Made by a program: the position numbers and the translations under genes. The notes under the pieces are model-generated. The model saw only the letters and a program-made list of their open reading frames with translations. It was not told where the DNA came from and did not search any database. From Podarcis liolepis (Eukaryota): a DNA stretch of 64,000 nucleotides. Position 1 is the stretch's first letter. Every line of letters begins with the position of its first letter. The stretch lies in the NCBI GenBank assembly GCA_965112155.1, contig CBCOQI010000144.1; one strand, written 5' to 3'. Below, one piece after another: positions 13,832 to 27,819 of the stretch.

Positions 13832-14344
13832 TACTTAGCTTCACATCTGTGGCCTCTTGCCTATTTGACTAATTATTTTCTGCACCGGATGCAGGAAGGG
13901 ATGTGATAGGATAATTGATTATTTGAAAACTGTATTTAAGTTGATTAATATTTTTGTATGCTGCTGGTGAGGAGGAGTGATAGCTTGCAGCGTTTGCATT
14001 ATGTTTTTGAAATAAATCTAAGCAAAGATATTGCGGACAGCCTTTTATTTTTACGCCACTGCACACACTTTGTGTTGGCGCAAAAGTCCAACGCTCTCCA
14101 CTTAGGAAATAAGAGACAGACTCACTATTTCTATTGCACATCCAAGAATGGCATGAGATTGCTGAAATAGATTTCTTTATTTCTGAAACATTCCAGATCA
14201 GCAGAATACAAGTTGTAATCAAGTATTAAAATCATATCCCCATAGTAAGAAAGCATTGATTAGTGCAATTTTTTTTTCTTGCAAAAGGTCTATCAAAAAA
14301 GTTTTACTTCCATGAAAACCTGTTTGTTTTCACCAAACACAAGT

Positions 14345-15450
14345 GTTAATAAAACATTGCAATTTTATTCTTTATTACAAAGTATCGAAACCCAACCATT
14401 TAAGAGACCATCGCATCTTTCAAGTGCAATGCAATTTACGCCCTCTTTATAAATACAACATCCCCGTGATAATAAATTAACATTGGAACAAGGAAATGAG
14501 AGAACAGGTTCGTGTTGACCAGGAAGTCATGGCAGTTTCGAGCAAATACTTTAGTGTGTGCTCTCACAACATAAACATACAACACAGCTGTCATCTTGTC
14601 CATCATGGCCCCAATCCAACAATATATGTACTCAAGAATAGACCTGGCATGTGATGTAAGGGGGGAAAAATACTCTTTTTCAAGTCCCAAGAGTGGGGAA
14701 AGGTCTAAAACCAGACATCTCGCCCCATCTCTCTAACATACACACAGGCCCAAGGACAGGTGAACTGAGTATCACCAAGAATCTGACTGGAACTGGATGT
14801 GACTTCTTAAGCAGCTGAAAACCATCCATATTCCCCCATGCAGTTAGAAATATGTGTATGGATGTCCGCATCTGTGCGTGGATAGCTGTAGATGGATTTG
14901 GGGAGATTGGCATGGTTAGAAACATCTTGAACATAACAGTACCTTACTATTAAAAAGTGTGGGGGGGGGGGTAGATTTATGGCACACACAAAATGCTTTG
15001 ATACCCTATGATTCAAGCAAAATGTGGGTGTGTGGGTGTGTGTGCAAAAATACACTCCCTTGGAAAGGCTACAAAAGAAGAAGCAGGTAAGGATATGGAT
15101 CTATTTTGTCAATTTGCAAGGAACTCGTTAAAGCAACAAAAAGTAGTACACAAATCAAAGAGATCTGAACACTGTTATGGCAAAGCACCCAGAAGTCACA
15201 TTTTGGCTCCCCCCAGTGGGATACTTTATGCATGTGTTTTTAAAAACCTAAACCATAATGCTGCAATGTTAATTTGACAACACTGCTGTTTGTTTGTTTT
15301 TCTGAGCAAACAACTAAGTGTAATATGTTTAGTGACCAACGACAATGACAGAAGAGTAAGAAACAGCCCTGTGTTATTCATCCAGCCTCTCACAGTTATA
15401 TTTACCCAGCCAGCTGGGTAGGAGAATCTGAATTTCGGCTCGACCCATTG
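14345..15450 (-). other. SLAIN1: SLAIN1 3' UTR with tandem poly(A) signals
   Basis: Unique AT-rich sequence after the stop. Two minus-strand AATAAA at 14364-14369 and 14371-14376. The cleavage position is inferred. Confidence 0.55.
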
Positions 15451-15526
15451 TCAATAGCAGCCATCCCTCCAGTTGCCGTCCCGTAGAGTACTAAGCGAAG
15501 AAAGAGGTTTTGGCGGCTGGAGAAAA
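15451..15526 (-). CDS. SLAIN1: SLAIN1 terminal coding exon 8
   Basis: aacag|T TTT CTC gives [28 protein letters not shown], the conserved SLAIN C-terminus. The eight exons sum to 1764 nt, divisible by 3. Confidence 0.95.
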
Positions 15527-15974
15527 CTGTTTCAAGAAACAAACCATAGTTTAGGGTAAGCACTGGGGAAAAGAGTGACAACACACATTACAGAGAAGAA
15601 ACTACTTTGTCGATGCATCTGTTTGCCTTTCACAATGCACAGGATGAGGTCAAGAGAGCCTTTTGACTGCGTGACTGTGAGGAAAGCAGCTGAGGCTATA
15701 GCTTCAAAGCACATTTTCCCCACTCAAAGAAGTTTGGGCACTGTAGGATTGCTGGCAATTTTAACTCTGAAAGCAGTAAACTACAGTGCCCAGAATTCTT
15801 CGAGGGAAAGTATGTAGGCAGCCCCAGTTATCTACGTTGTGTAGGGAAGGATATCAAGAATCAAGATAGGAAGCCCCCGGGAGATGTTATGACTCCTAAT
15901 ATCTAAAATGACAGATTCAAGAAACACTAATAAAGAATTCAGAATTTCTCTTCTATTTTCCCCATGGACTAAAC

Positions 15975-16222
15975 CAGGGGTAGGCAATCTAAGGCCCGTG
16001 GGCTGGATGCGGCCCAATCGCCTTCTCAATCCAGCCCACAGATGGTCTGGGAATCAGCATGTTTTTACATGAGTAGAATGTGTGCTTTTAATTTCAAATG
16101 CATCTCTGGGTTATTTGTGGGGCATAGGAATTGGTTATTTTTTTTCAAAATATAGTCCGGCCCCCCACAAGGTCTGAGGGATGGTGGACTGGCCCACGGG
16201 TAAAAAAGGTTGCTGACCCCTG
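15975..16222. mobile_element. hAT-type non-autonomous DNA transposon in SLAIN1 last intron
   Basis: CAGGGGT..GCAA / TTGC..ACCCCTG termini; perfect 8-bp TSD gactaaac at 15967-15974 and 16223-16230. Confidence 0.88.
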
Positions 16223-17940
16223 GACTAAACTGTCAACTGCAAATTGAGGAAGGACCAGTAGTCTACACCTTGTGGAAACTCATTTCTCCTCAGCGCTCCC
16301 CCACCCCGACATGAAAAAATGCCTATGCTGCTACTGGTGGATTTCAGGGGCCACTTCAGAGGAACAGAGGTATTAAATTATAGCTTAAGAGAAGGCAACA
16401 CACAGTATCTGTCTGTCATCCCTACAGAGTTTGGAAAGAGGCTTTAGCCTTCTTTTCATTTTTAAAAATGAACCATCACTCTCAGATAAGAGGCTTCTGA
16501 TAGTCCCTCAAAGATGGGACAAGTAGGTTTTTCAAATACAACAAGACACATGTAAATTTTATGCAAAGCTGTGTCAGTGGGTTTCATCCACATACAGTGT
16601 AGTGGGCCCAGAAAATCCTGACCATACATGTCAACCGTGCATCACAAGTGATGAAATATGCGGTGCAAAATAAGTGATTCAAAAGGTTAACAAATGGGAG
16701 TGTAGAGGCACTAAAAACACTCAGTTTGGTCTACAGTTAATTTTTTTTTTTTTAAAGTATGAACAGAGCTGGGAGGTTGGCTGACTCACAAGCTCCATGA
16801 TGAAGGTATACATCTACCAGATTATGTATTAAGTCTTCCTCACGTAACCATTTTACCATGTGGTACATGCTAAAAACATGCACCATGTACATTTGAAGTT
16901 TCCCAGCGCCCTTAAACTATAGCTCCTACAATTCTTTAGGGGCAGTCATGTGCTTTAAACGTATGGCAGGTACTCTAAGAGAGACCATTTTCTCAACAGC
17001 TGTAAACATGCAGAGTTCCTTTCAAAATATGAGTGAGTTTCGAATCCACCTTCCCCCCCTCCCCCACCCTTTTTTCCAGTAATTTTGGGATAAATGGTAG
17101 TTCTGTGGTAGAGCCCATGCTGGTTCAATCCCTGGCACATCTAGTTAAAGAGATTCAGCAACTGTGTGCCAATGATTTTGCAGATTTCCAGACGGTGTTT
17201 TTGGATAGACTGTCCAAGGTAAGAGGTACAGGTTAATATACTTTACTGCCAATTATAGAAGGCTTCCCTGCATCTCCCACATGCTACTATTTCAAGAACG
17301 ATGCAGGTAAGTTCTCCCTGACCCAGTGCTAAACCACCTTAGCAGCAATCCATGCACACAGTTAAGTTGCTCAAATCCTACTGAAGCCAAAGGTATTTTT
17401 AAGCCGCCCAGCGGTGCGCCAGAACTTAGCCCTTGGGTTGCTACCTTTAATTACAGATATCTAACATTTAGTAACACTTCATTATCAAACTATCAACACA
17501 ATTAAAGTGGATGTCGAATTGTTAAATGGCTCTTGGCTTAACGAAACGGGATAACTTAATCAGGGTTCTCCCCAAGGAAATATCGCACTGCAGTAGCTGA
17601 CAGTGTTCCAGCTGCTCCATTAGAAAAAAAACAAAACATAGCTGGTCTGCACAGCTTGCGACCTACAAAACCAGGAACAGTTCATCAGCCACAGGAACAC
17701 AGGGTGAGGCCCTCTTCTACCGAGTCAGACCATTAGTCTACCTACCCAAGCAGCATCTGTCTCATCAGGGTCTTTCCCATCACATGCTACTTTCAGTTGG
17801 AGATGCCCAAAATTGGACCTGGGGACTTCTGCATGCTAAGCACATGTCCTAGCGCTGACCTATGCCTCCTCTCCAATGCGACGGGCTCTGCTAGGGGTTG
17901 AGTGATCTCCTCTATTTGCTGCTCGCTAGCAGGCAGCATT

Positions 17941-18205
17941 GAGCTCTTGTTGCTCTGTCCCTGCTCCTGCCAAGCTAGCAGTTCGAAAGCACGTCAAAGT
18001 GCAAGTAGATAAATAGCTACCACTCCGGCGGGAAGGTAAACGGTGTTTCTGTGTGCTGCTCTGGTTCGCCAGAAGCGGCTTAGTCACCCTGGCCACATGA
18101 CCCGGAAGCTGTACGCCAGCTCCCTCTGCCAATAAAGCGAGATGAGCGCCGCAACCCCAGAGTCGGTCATGACTGGACCTAATGGTCAGGGGTCCCTTTA
18201 CGTTT
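17941..18205 (+). mobile_element. Sauria SINE (5' truncated)
   Basis: Same body as 9461; 14-bp TSD tagcaggcagcatt at 17927-17940 and 18206-18219. Confidence 0.85.
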
Positions 18206-18938
18206 TAGCAGGCAGCATTCTGTTTAGTGGGTCGCAAGCTAAGTTTATACGATCGCTGGCTTCCTTTTACTTTAAAATATTCTTAAAAGGAGGGAGTTGG
18301 AAAGCACTTTCCTGATTCTTCTTGGAAAAGTCTGATCAACCCTGCAGGAGAACAGAAGAGCAGAACAAGAGTAGGCCTGGCACAACACGCAACTCTCCAA
18401 GTCAACTGCAGCTTTGTTTGGGCAACTCTCAAAATCTTATCTCCAGTTGGTTCAGCTGCAGTCAGGCAGCAAAAAAGAGGGGAAAAAGTCTATTTCCCTC
18501 ATAAATTACACATGGCGCAGGGTAATTTATTTCTGAAGGATATAGAAAGTGTTGCATGAAAGGGACTTCTTGCATATTATTAAAGGCAGTTTCTCACTCC
18601 TTTTTTGTCCGCGGCAGGTGCTTATTTAAAGACTACAACATCCTGTTCTCACCTGGGCCAACCAAATACCTGTGGGGAAAGGCACAGGTGGGACCTGAGC
18701 ACAAGAGCATTCTCCTTTGCTGAGGTTTCCAACAACGGCTAAATTTGTGGGGAGTGAATCCTCTAAACTAAAGTCTATACTCAGCCCTAGAAAAAGTGGT
18801 CATGTGAGGCTTCTATTATGGGCTCAGGTGGTGGACAAGTGCATCCTTTTTAGGTAGTCCATAAAGGCAGCCCTATGCTTGATTACTCAGAAGTAAGTTG
18901 CAACTTGCTTTTCTTTAATCACCCTCCGTCTCCGGTAA

Positions 18939-19173
18939 GAGAGTTTGGGATTTGACATCCCACTTTATCACTACCCTAAGGAGTCTCAAAGCGGCTAACA
19001 TTCTCCTTTTCCCTTCCTCCCCCACAACAAACACTCTGTGAGGTGAGTGGGGCTGAGAGACTTCAGAGAAGTGTGACTAGCCCAAGGTCACCCAGCAGCT
19101 GCATGTGGAGGAGCGTAGACGCGAACCCGGTTCACCAGATTACGAGACTACCGCTCTTAACTACTACACCACA
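18939..19173 (-). mobile_element. tRNA-derived CORE-type squamate SINE
   Basis: Minus strand reads gtggtgtagtagttaagagcg...gggttcg (A and B boxes), then gctgggtgaccttgggctagtcac (MIR-like core). Confidence 0.75.
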
Positions 19174-19459
19174 CCTGACTATAACTTCAAGAAAAAGTAT
19201 TGATCTACAACAGACTTGTTAAGCTAAGGCATTATATTCAAATCTGCACTGTTCAACCTTTATCCATTTGATACCAGTTTAGCTCTCATGACTCTCCCAG
19301 AGAATCCGAGCTATTCCAGGGCTGCAAATTCTCACTCGAGAGACGTCCAGCCCCCTCCTGACAGCCTTACAGCTCTCCAGAGAGGGCTGATTGCTCAACC
19401 AGTTCTCCAGTTGCTGCATAAAAACACTCCAATTTTTCCCTTTAGCAAGTCAACTCCTA

Positions 19460-19888
<429 letters not shown>

Positions 19889-20173
19889 TCAAGTACGTAA
19901 GACAATAAAGACAGCCCAAAAGATGGCTTCAGGATGCAGTAACCTAGAAAGAGACAAGGCTTTGTTCCATGTATGTTGTTAATATTTCCTTGCTGTGTTT
20001 TGCTCAGAGCAGCATTTCGCCCTCACAAACCTCCAGTGGAGCAGGATAGGCCGAGAGATTGCAGATAGCCAATTACTAGGTTATATTGTTATATGCCAAG
20101 TTTTCTCTGTCATTTTGTTTTATTTTATATAACACTTGTGTCACGCAGACTTAAACGTGCACCAATAAAAGTA

Positions 20174-20399
20174 CAGTGGTACCTCGGGTTACATACGCTT
20201 CAGGTTACAGACTCCGCGAACCCAGAAATATTACCTCGGGTTAAGAACTTTGCTTCAGGATGAGAACAGAAATCGTGCTCCGGCGGCGCGGCAGCAGCGG
20301 GAGGCCCCATTAGCTAAAGTGGTGCTTCTGGTTAAGAGCAGTTTCAGGTTAAGAACGGACCTCCGGAACGAATTAAGTACTTAATCCGAGGTGCCACTG
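20174..20399. mobile_element. MITE family A
   Basis: cagtggtacctcgggtt...ccgaggtgccactg with TA TSD. Confidence 0.85.
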
Positions 20400-21194
20400 T
20401 ATTGTACTACAGTACATGAATTCAGAACCATTTCTTTCCACTTCAGTAGGAGCCATGGGTGCCTATCCCCTAGAAAACCCCGGGAACTGTAGCTTGGCGA
20501 AAGTGCTTCAGATCCCTTGTGTACCTTCCAGAACTACAACTCACTTCATGCATCTCGCAGAGTGAACTCAAGTCCATGGAAAATTATGCAGCAAAATATT
20601 GTGTTAGATTTTTAAGGTACCGCAAGGCAGTGCACTGCCTTTGCTGCAATTCCCAGGGGAAGCAACTGTTGAAAACCGGTCCACATCAGTTCTGTGCATC
20701 TATCTTAATCCTATCACTGGTTCCCTAAAGAATTCTGAATTCATTCTGGCCAGTTCCAGCGAGTCCAATTCTTACTCAGCTAGAATTTTAAGCCAGACTG
20801 ATGTAAATATCTGACACCCTTCAAAAATATTGTCAAGGTAGAACACTGCTACTCAGTATCTGTTACTTCAAAAAACCACATCCCCTCAGCTTCATGTTTC
20901 ACAGCTAAAAAGTGACAGTACAGATTTAGCAGCACAATCTAAATTTGGCTTGGTACGAATTGTCACTAGGAATCAGCGCTAAAGGACCCAAGACATTATG
21001 CAACCCTGCTCTCTGGTGGAATCAGCTGCTGTTTTATTGCACCAACTTGATGGGAAAGTCATACGGCAGCTTCAAGACCTTGAACTGCCTTGTTTGGTTG
21101 TTTGGCTGAGGGGAAGCTGTTGGAAAGTCACCTTCCAAAAGGCAGAGGAAGAGTGACAAAAAAGTGAAACCCCAAATTACACAGCATTCAGGTA

Positions 21195-21532
21195 CAGTGG
21201 TGCCCCGCAAGACGGATGCCTCACAAGACGGAAACCTCGCTAGACGAAAGAGTTTTCCGTTTTGGAGGTGCTTCGCAAAATGAATTTCCTATGGGCTTGC
21301 TTCGCAAGACGACAATGTCTTGCGAGTTCCTGCTGGGGTTTTTCCCTCCCCCCCCTTTTTCTAAGCCGCTAATCAGCTGATCCGATCAGCAGATAAGCCA
21401 CTGAAAGCCTCTAAAAGCCGCTAATAGCGCTAATCCGCTAATCCTTCAATGGGCTTGCTTCGCAAGATGAAAAAAACCGCTAGACGAAGAGAATCACAGA
21501 ACGGATTCTTTTCGTCTTGCGAGGCACCACTG
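21195..21532. mobile_element. Tc1/mariner-type MITE, family B (CAGTGGTGCCTCGCAAGACG TIR)
   Basis: TIRs, TA TSD, repeated subterminal cgcaagacg motifs. Confidence 0.85.
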
Positions 21533-21919
21533 TACCTTTAAAAAAACCAAGAAAGGGGCAAAATAGCACCAAAGCACATTTACCCTCTCTATATATTGAT
21601 TTTTTTTCTCTTTCAGTGCCAGGACATTTTAACAGGCTAATCGGTTTGGACTAATGTATACATTCCTTGTATGTTAAACAGAACCACACTTGAACCTCGC
21701 CACCCCCAATCCTTTATAAAGCTTAGTAACTTGTTCCTGTTGAATGTGTAAAATGGTTTTTTTAAGCACACAAACAATTTTAGGAAGGGGAAAAAACCCA
21801 TTAAAATGGCTACAGCTTTTCTAAGCCATACACAAATGCATGCTAAGAAAACCCAGACATGCCTGGTATTAAAGGATCACTGCCCATGATTCATCCCAGA
21901 ATACTGGTGATTTAAAATA

Positions 21920-22343
<424 letters not shown>

Positions 22344-22624
22344 TCATTGTCAGCATTAGGAACCGCTTGTGGTCAAGTCACCTCTCACCAAATGTCTCAT
22401 AACATAAAAAGAAACTCTCCTTGACTGGGCCCAAGGAGAACTTAACGTGACATTCTGTCCTCCGCAATGGCAACAACGGCTGAATTTCAGCAAGGCAAAA
22501 TTCCACCTACTCCATTGTCTGTGCCACCTCCAGGAGGAGCTATGATACCACCACCACCTAATATCTTCCACAGCCTGGTATGATGCCAGTGTTTAGGGAA
22601 GCTTTTAATGTTTGGACTACTGTA

Positions 22625-22831
22625 CAGTCATACCTCGGGTTACAGATGCTTGAGGTTGCGTTTTTTCAGGTTATGGACCCGCCGAAACCCGGAAGTACTG
22701 GAACGGGTTTCTTCCGGGTTTTGGCAGTCGCACATGCGCAGAAGCGCCAAATTGCAACCCATGCGTGCGCAGACACTGCGGGTTGCGAACATGCATCCCG
22801 CATGGATCACGTTTGCAACCCGAGCATTTTG
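22625..22831. mobile_element. Related mariner-type MITE remnant
   Basis: ta|cagtcatacctcgggtt...aacccgagc, with a decayed right TIR. Confidence 0.55.
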
Positions 22832-23219
22832 TATTTTAATATTTTGTTGGAAGAACTTCCCAGAAGTTAACTTGCTGGCCATGTAAGGTACTAAAGGCAA
22901 CAGCTGCTCCAACTCTTTGTTCCCAGTATCTGATATCTGTAGATCCGCCATCTTAAGAGCTGCAATAAATTAAGTTAGGGCAAAAATATTTCAACATTGA
23001 AAAGTCGAAGTACCTAGTTATATGTTGTTTTTGCATTTACATGAAAAACCATAAAAATTATTGGGCAAAGTACTGTCAACAGTAGAAGTGCTATGCACTA
23101 ACATGGAAGGCAAGAAACCCCCTTGGGTGAAGGATAGCTTTTCCTTTAGAATATGCTCATGGACATGGGCTACACAATCATTCTGTTGTTCCAGCCCCAG
23201 CCAACCAACAGAACATGAG

Positions 23220-23753
23220 TGTGGCGTTTGCCCTCCTAGGTGTGTGACATCATACTGGGTTCATAAGGAAAGGGTTAACTAATTGTAAAATGACTAACCA
23301 ATGGGAACCCAAGGGGAGGAGTTAGAGTTAGGGTGGTTGAGAAGACAGTCTGGAGTTAGAAGAGACAGAGAAGAGAAGTCTGTGGGTTGGGCTAGTCTGG
23401 TGTGAGAGAGGGAGAGAATTTGTTAAGGGGAGTCAGCCAAACAGTTGAGATAATCAGTCAGAAGGTATTAGGAAGGTATAGGCCGGTAGCAAAACTAAAG
23501 TTAAGACACTGACAGGAAGATTATCTGAGAAACCATAAACTTGTTAATATTTATAAAATAAACTTGTTTATTTGGTTCACTTTTAACAACTGCCTGGACT
23601 CAGTGTTTTACCCGAGAGTAACGGGTTGGTGGCAGGGGGGGAGCGAGCACAGTGGTGGCACAGGGATCAACAGACCGTTAAACGTCTGGGGACCCTGTGT
23701 GATCGCCACAAAAGTGGTGGCAGTGGGGAAGCAAGCACAGAGTTTAACGGTCT
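23220..23753 (+). mobile_element. LTR followed by a tRNA-Leu-like primer binding site (truncated LTR retroelement)
   Basis: TGTGGCG...CGCCACA termini (23220-23710), AATAAA at 23557-23562, then TGGTGGCAGTGGGG at 23715-23728; no TSD around the LTR. Confidence 0.62.
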
Positions 23754-25983
23754 AAGAGGTCCTGTCAAACTCTAGGATTCTATGAAATGCCCATCTCCTG
23801 CCCAATCCTCCTCTTACCTCTATTTGCCATACTGCAGCTAGATTTAACAGCATGCGCTTGTGTTACGGCCCTGCCAGAAACTATTTGCCAAGAATGCAAA
23901 ACTGCACACTGAGAACAATAGTAACTAGTTTACGCATGGCTGCTTGAACCCAATATGCTGCTGTGTGACAAGACTTCCACTTACATAATGGGACTTCCTT
24001 CTCCTTTTCTCCCCGATTCAGCCTTCTGCACACCCTCAGAATCTTTTCCCGCGGTCTGGGGGAACCTCAAGAGTAGATTTGGAGGGTGCCCAGGGAGAGG
24101 GAAGGCTCACTGCTTGCAGAGAACACTGCTTGTGCAGCACTGGAAGCAACCCAATATGTTAACTTTCCATAGAGATGTTTGCTACAGTTGACACCAGTCG
24201 TAGTAACAATTAGTAGAGTGCAAAGGCATTAGCATGCGTTATTCAAGACCACCAACAGGGTGAGAAGGAAGATGATGAAGTAAAGGGAAGCCATGATAAG
24301 CTAAGTAAAGCGTCCATGCTAGAGGCAGTATACCACAGAGTATTAGATGCTGGAGGGGAACAAAAAAACTGCCTCCATGTCTTGTTCGTCCATTTCCAGA
24401 AGGACCTGCCTGGCTACTGATGGCAGGGATGGTCCTGTGGTGAATCCAGGTGAAGCCATCTGCTTCAGGCAGCACCATGAACGTTGTGGGAGGAAATTGT
24501 TGAAGGCAGGGACTGGTATCTGAATGATGCTGCATGTACCTGGTGATGCACCTGGAGGGGGCCAATTCAGGCAGTGAAATGTTTTGGCCTGACACCAACC
24601 ACATAGAGCAGAATGCTGGACCAAATGAATATACAGTCCAATTTAACAGATGTCTTCATAAGTTCTTATGGAAGGAAACAGGTGGGATAAGAAAAAGAGA
24701 GAGAGAGAGAACCAGGGTAAGGAGATAGGAAAAACTGCTTCCAGAATGATGCCACTATACTAGATTAATGTGGGATATTATGACAAAAAGAACAGCAAAA
24801 CTCCATGACAGATGATCAGATAGAAAAGGGAGAAAAACTTATTTTCTTAGGACTACATTTGCAACATATTTAAACAGCTTCTGGGCACCGATCACTGTGA
24901 TCACTTATGATGTATTTATTATTCATGCTTATTTTACATAGCTATTAACTTCTAATTAATAATATAGGTTCAGGGACCTGCTTCTACAGCTAGATATTCA
25001 GCCTGTATAATTAATGTAAAATGATTGAGAAATAAGAATAATGTTTAACGTTTACTTAGCGCTTTAGGGTGTTCAAAAAAAAGAGTCCTCCATCCATAAT
25101 CACAGGAAATCTTACAAAGCATATATTATTATTATTATTCTCCGATTGCAGAGGGGAGATATAGCAGCTTAAGCCTGCCTACTCCGTTAACGGCAGAGGT
25201 AAAACTATATTGGGGGTGGGGGTGCTGTTTCAATGCTCAGCCTCTGGGCTGCATATGTAAGTGTTGATGAAGCAGATGAAAGTCTGATATGTGTTCACAG
25301 GCAGAGATTGCACAGCAGCACTTCCTCTAAAAACTCACTCAGAAGAGTCTCAAAAGTTCATCCTGACCAGCCTACTGTACTCATTAAGATTCAACATAAC
25401 AGAATTCTGGCATGTGCCATCTTTGGGGAGATCCACAAATGAAAGGCATGTCCATAAGATACTGAACCTTCCCTTCTCAGGAATCATACCCAAAATCTTC
25501 CAACAGGTTCTTGATTACAACTAGATGAGTGTTACACTACTGCATCCATATGTAATCAGGGCTCTACACTGCCCCCATTTTCACTAGCTGTTAAAAAACT
25601 GTTAAATGAAAAGGGGGGAATTAAATATGAATGATAAAATGCTAAAATATTTTAAGTACTGAAATGGAATTGGGAAAAGTATGTTACATTGAGCAGCAAG
25701 TAAAGGAGGGACGAGAGACGTCATGGAAGCAAGGTGGGAAGTCAACTTTTAAATTTGTATTAAATTTGAATTAATTTGATGTTGATTTGTTAAAATTTTT
25801 GAAAAGCAATAAAAACAACTGGCTAACAAAAAACTATTTTACTTCAGAAAGCATTCTCTTTTGTTTGGCAACCAGTATTAAGGAAGGCAAGATTGCGCTG
25901 AGACAGTTTCCAGTGTGCACTGCTTAATGGGTGACATACAACTAAGTTGATTGAAAGCAATGGATACTGGAGACCACACACTG

Positions 25984-26015
<32 letters not shown>

Positions 26016-26063
26016 GCAGGTTTTGGTGTCCTCGGGTGTCTTCCCGTGTAAAAGTTGGGGTGT

Positions 26064-26108
26064 CTAGGCGACGTTTCGACGAGGTCTCACTCGTCATCTT
26101 CAGGCTGG
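26064..26108 (-). ncRNA. Minimal hammerhead ribozyme motif (copy 3, sense to SLAIN1 pre-mRNA)
   Basis: Exact reverse complement of the other two copies, inside the inverted pLTR. Confidence 0.72.
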
Positions 26109-26654
26109 TGCTTTCGGCTTCTTGTTACTGGAACAGAGCGGGATCTCAGTGTTTGAGTTCCTATAAATACTGTAGAGGGGTGTGGTGTATTGCCTCAAAA
26201 GTTCTGGGCAGAGGGGAAGTTCCCAGGCTAGTGTTCTTTTCTTCTTTTGTTCCTTAATTACTTGAGGGATATCAGACAGGATCCTCACCTCAACTGAAAC
26301 CAAAGTACTCTCCAAAGGTTTCAACTTTGCAGTTACCCCGAGACGCATCCCCACGGAAAACATCATATGCGGAGTCGAAGCTAGCCTAACCAAAATCAAC
26401 CCAGATGAAGCCAATAAAATCAGACTTGAAGTCACCAACATCCTCTGCTCCAGCAAACCACCCAGAAGCAATTTACACAAAGAAGAACAGAAAGCACTCA
26501 CCAACATAAGGAACAAAAGAAGAAAAGAACACTAGCCTGGGAACTTCCCCTCTGCCCAGAACTTTTGAGGCAATACACCACACCCCTCTACAGTATTTAT
26601 AGGAACTCAAACACTGAGATCCCGCTCTGTTCCAGTAACAAGAAGCCGAAAGCA

Positions 26655-26699
26655 CCAGCCTGAAGATGACGAGTGAGACCTCGTCGAAACGTCGCCTAG
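26655..26699 (+). ncRNA. Minimal hammerhead ribozyme motif (copy 2)
   Basis: Identical to 45101-45145: CTGAAGA at 26660-26666, GAAA at 26686-26689. Confidence 0.72.
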
Positions 26700-27384
26700 A
26701 CACCCCAACTTTTACACGGGAAGACACCCGAGGACACCAAAACCTGCATTCCTGTACCCGTGAAAATCTACGAAAACAAATATATATATATATATATATA
26801 TAAACATTTTAGATCTTTATGAATAGCATTCAGTACTGGTTTCTTCAAAAGGGGATTCATAAACTAAACCAAAGATGCCCAACTGGCAAACTTAATCTTG
26901 ACTTTACATCCTCCTGTCTTCTAATAATGGTGTTGTAAAAGTTTAGCTGACTATTTCCCTAGTGAGAAAAATGAAAGTGATTTATTATACAGGGATGGGA
27001 AAGCTCTGGCCTCTCAGGTGCTGACGAAATCCAACTCCCCTCAGCAACTGGGATGATAAGAGCTGTAGTATCACAACAATGGGAAGATCACAGGTTTTCC
27101 ACCCCTGTTTAAAACAGTGAGTGATGTGACCAGCAAGAGAGACAGAGACAGGGACACTGAGGATCTACACTTTAACATTTCACCTCTAAGTTATAATGAC
27201 TCGGGACATGGGTCCCATAATAGTGGACCACTCATTGGAGACCAGTTTGTGGTCTTCATATTTCTAGCCTCCAGCCACTGCCTAGAGAAGTGAATGCCCT
27301 CCAGGAATACAGAATTCGGCCAAAAGAAACCTGCCTCAAAATTAAAGATTTGGCACCAGAAGGGCAAAATAAATCCATTCATCA

Positions 27385-27819
<435 letters not shown>

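Larger units (their letters stand above)
26015..26780 (+). mobile_element. Internally deleted Penelope-like element with inverted pseudo-LTRs, in SLAIN1 intron 5
   Basis: 26015-26273 is the reverse complement of 44936-45194. 26272-26506 encodes a PLE N-terminal fragment (SDRILTSTETKVLSKGFNFAVTP...NLHKEEQKALTN). 26507-26748 is a forward pLTR followed by a ~31-nt tail. (TA)n lies on both sides. Confidence 0.88.

Noticed and set aside
1-14000. EDNRB exons expected downstream of SLAIN1 by mammalian synteny
   Set aside because: No GPCR-like coding sequence recognised in this interval; the gene probably lies outside the window.
26036-26727. Repeated 73-aa ORF MSSRVKVGVSRRRFDEV... (three copies)
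   Set aside because: Antisense reading of the pLTR from a GTG start. Its identity reflects recent copying, not coding constraint.
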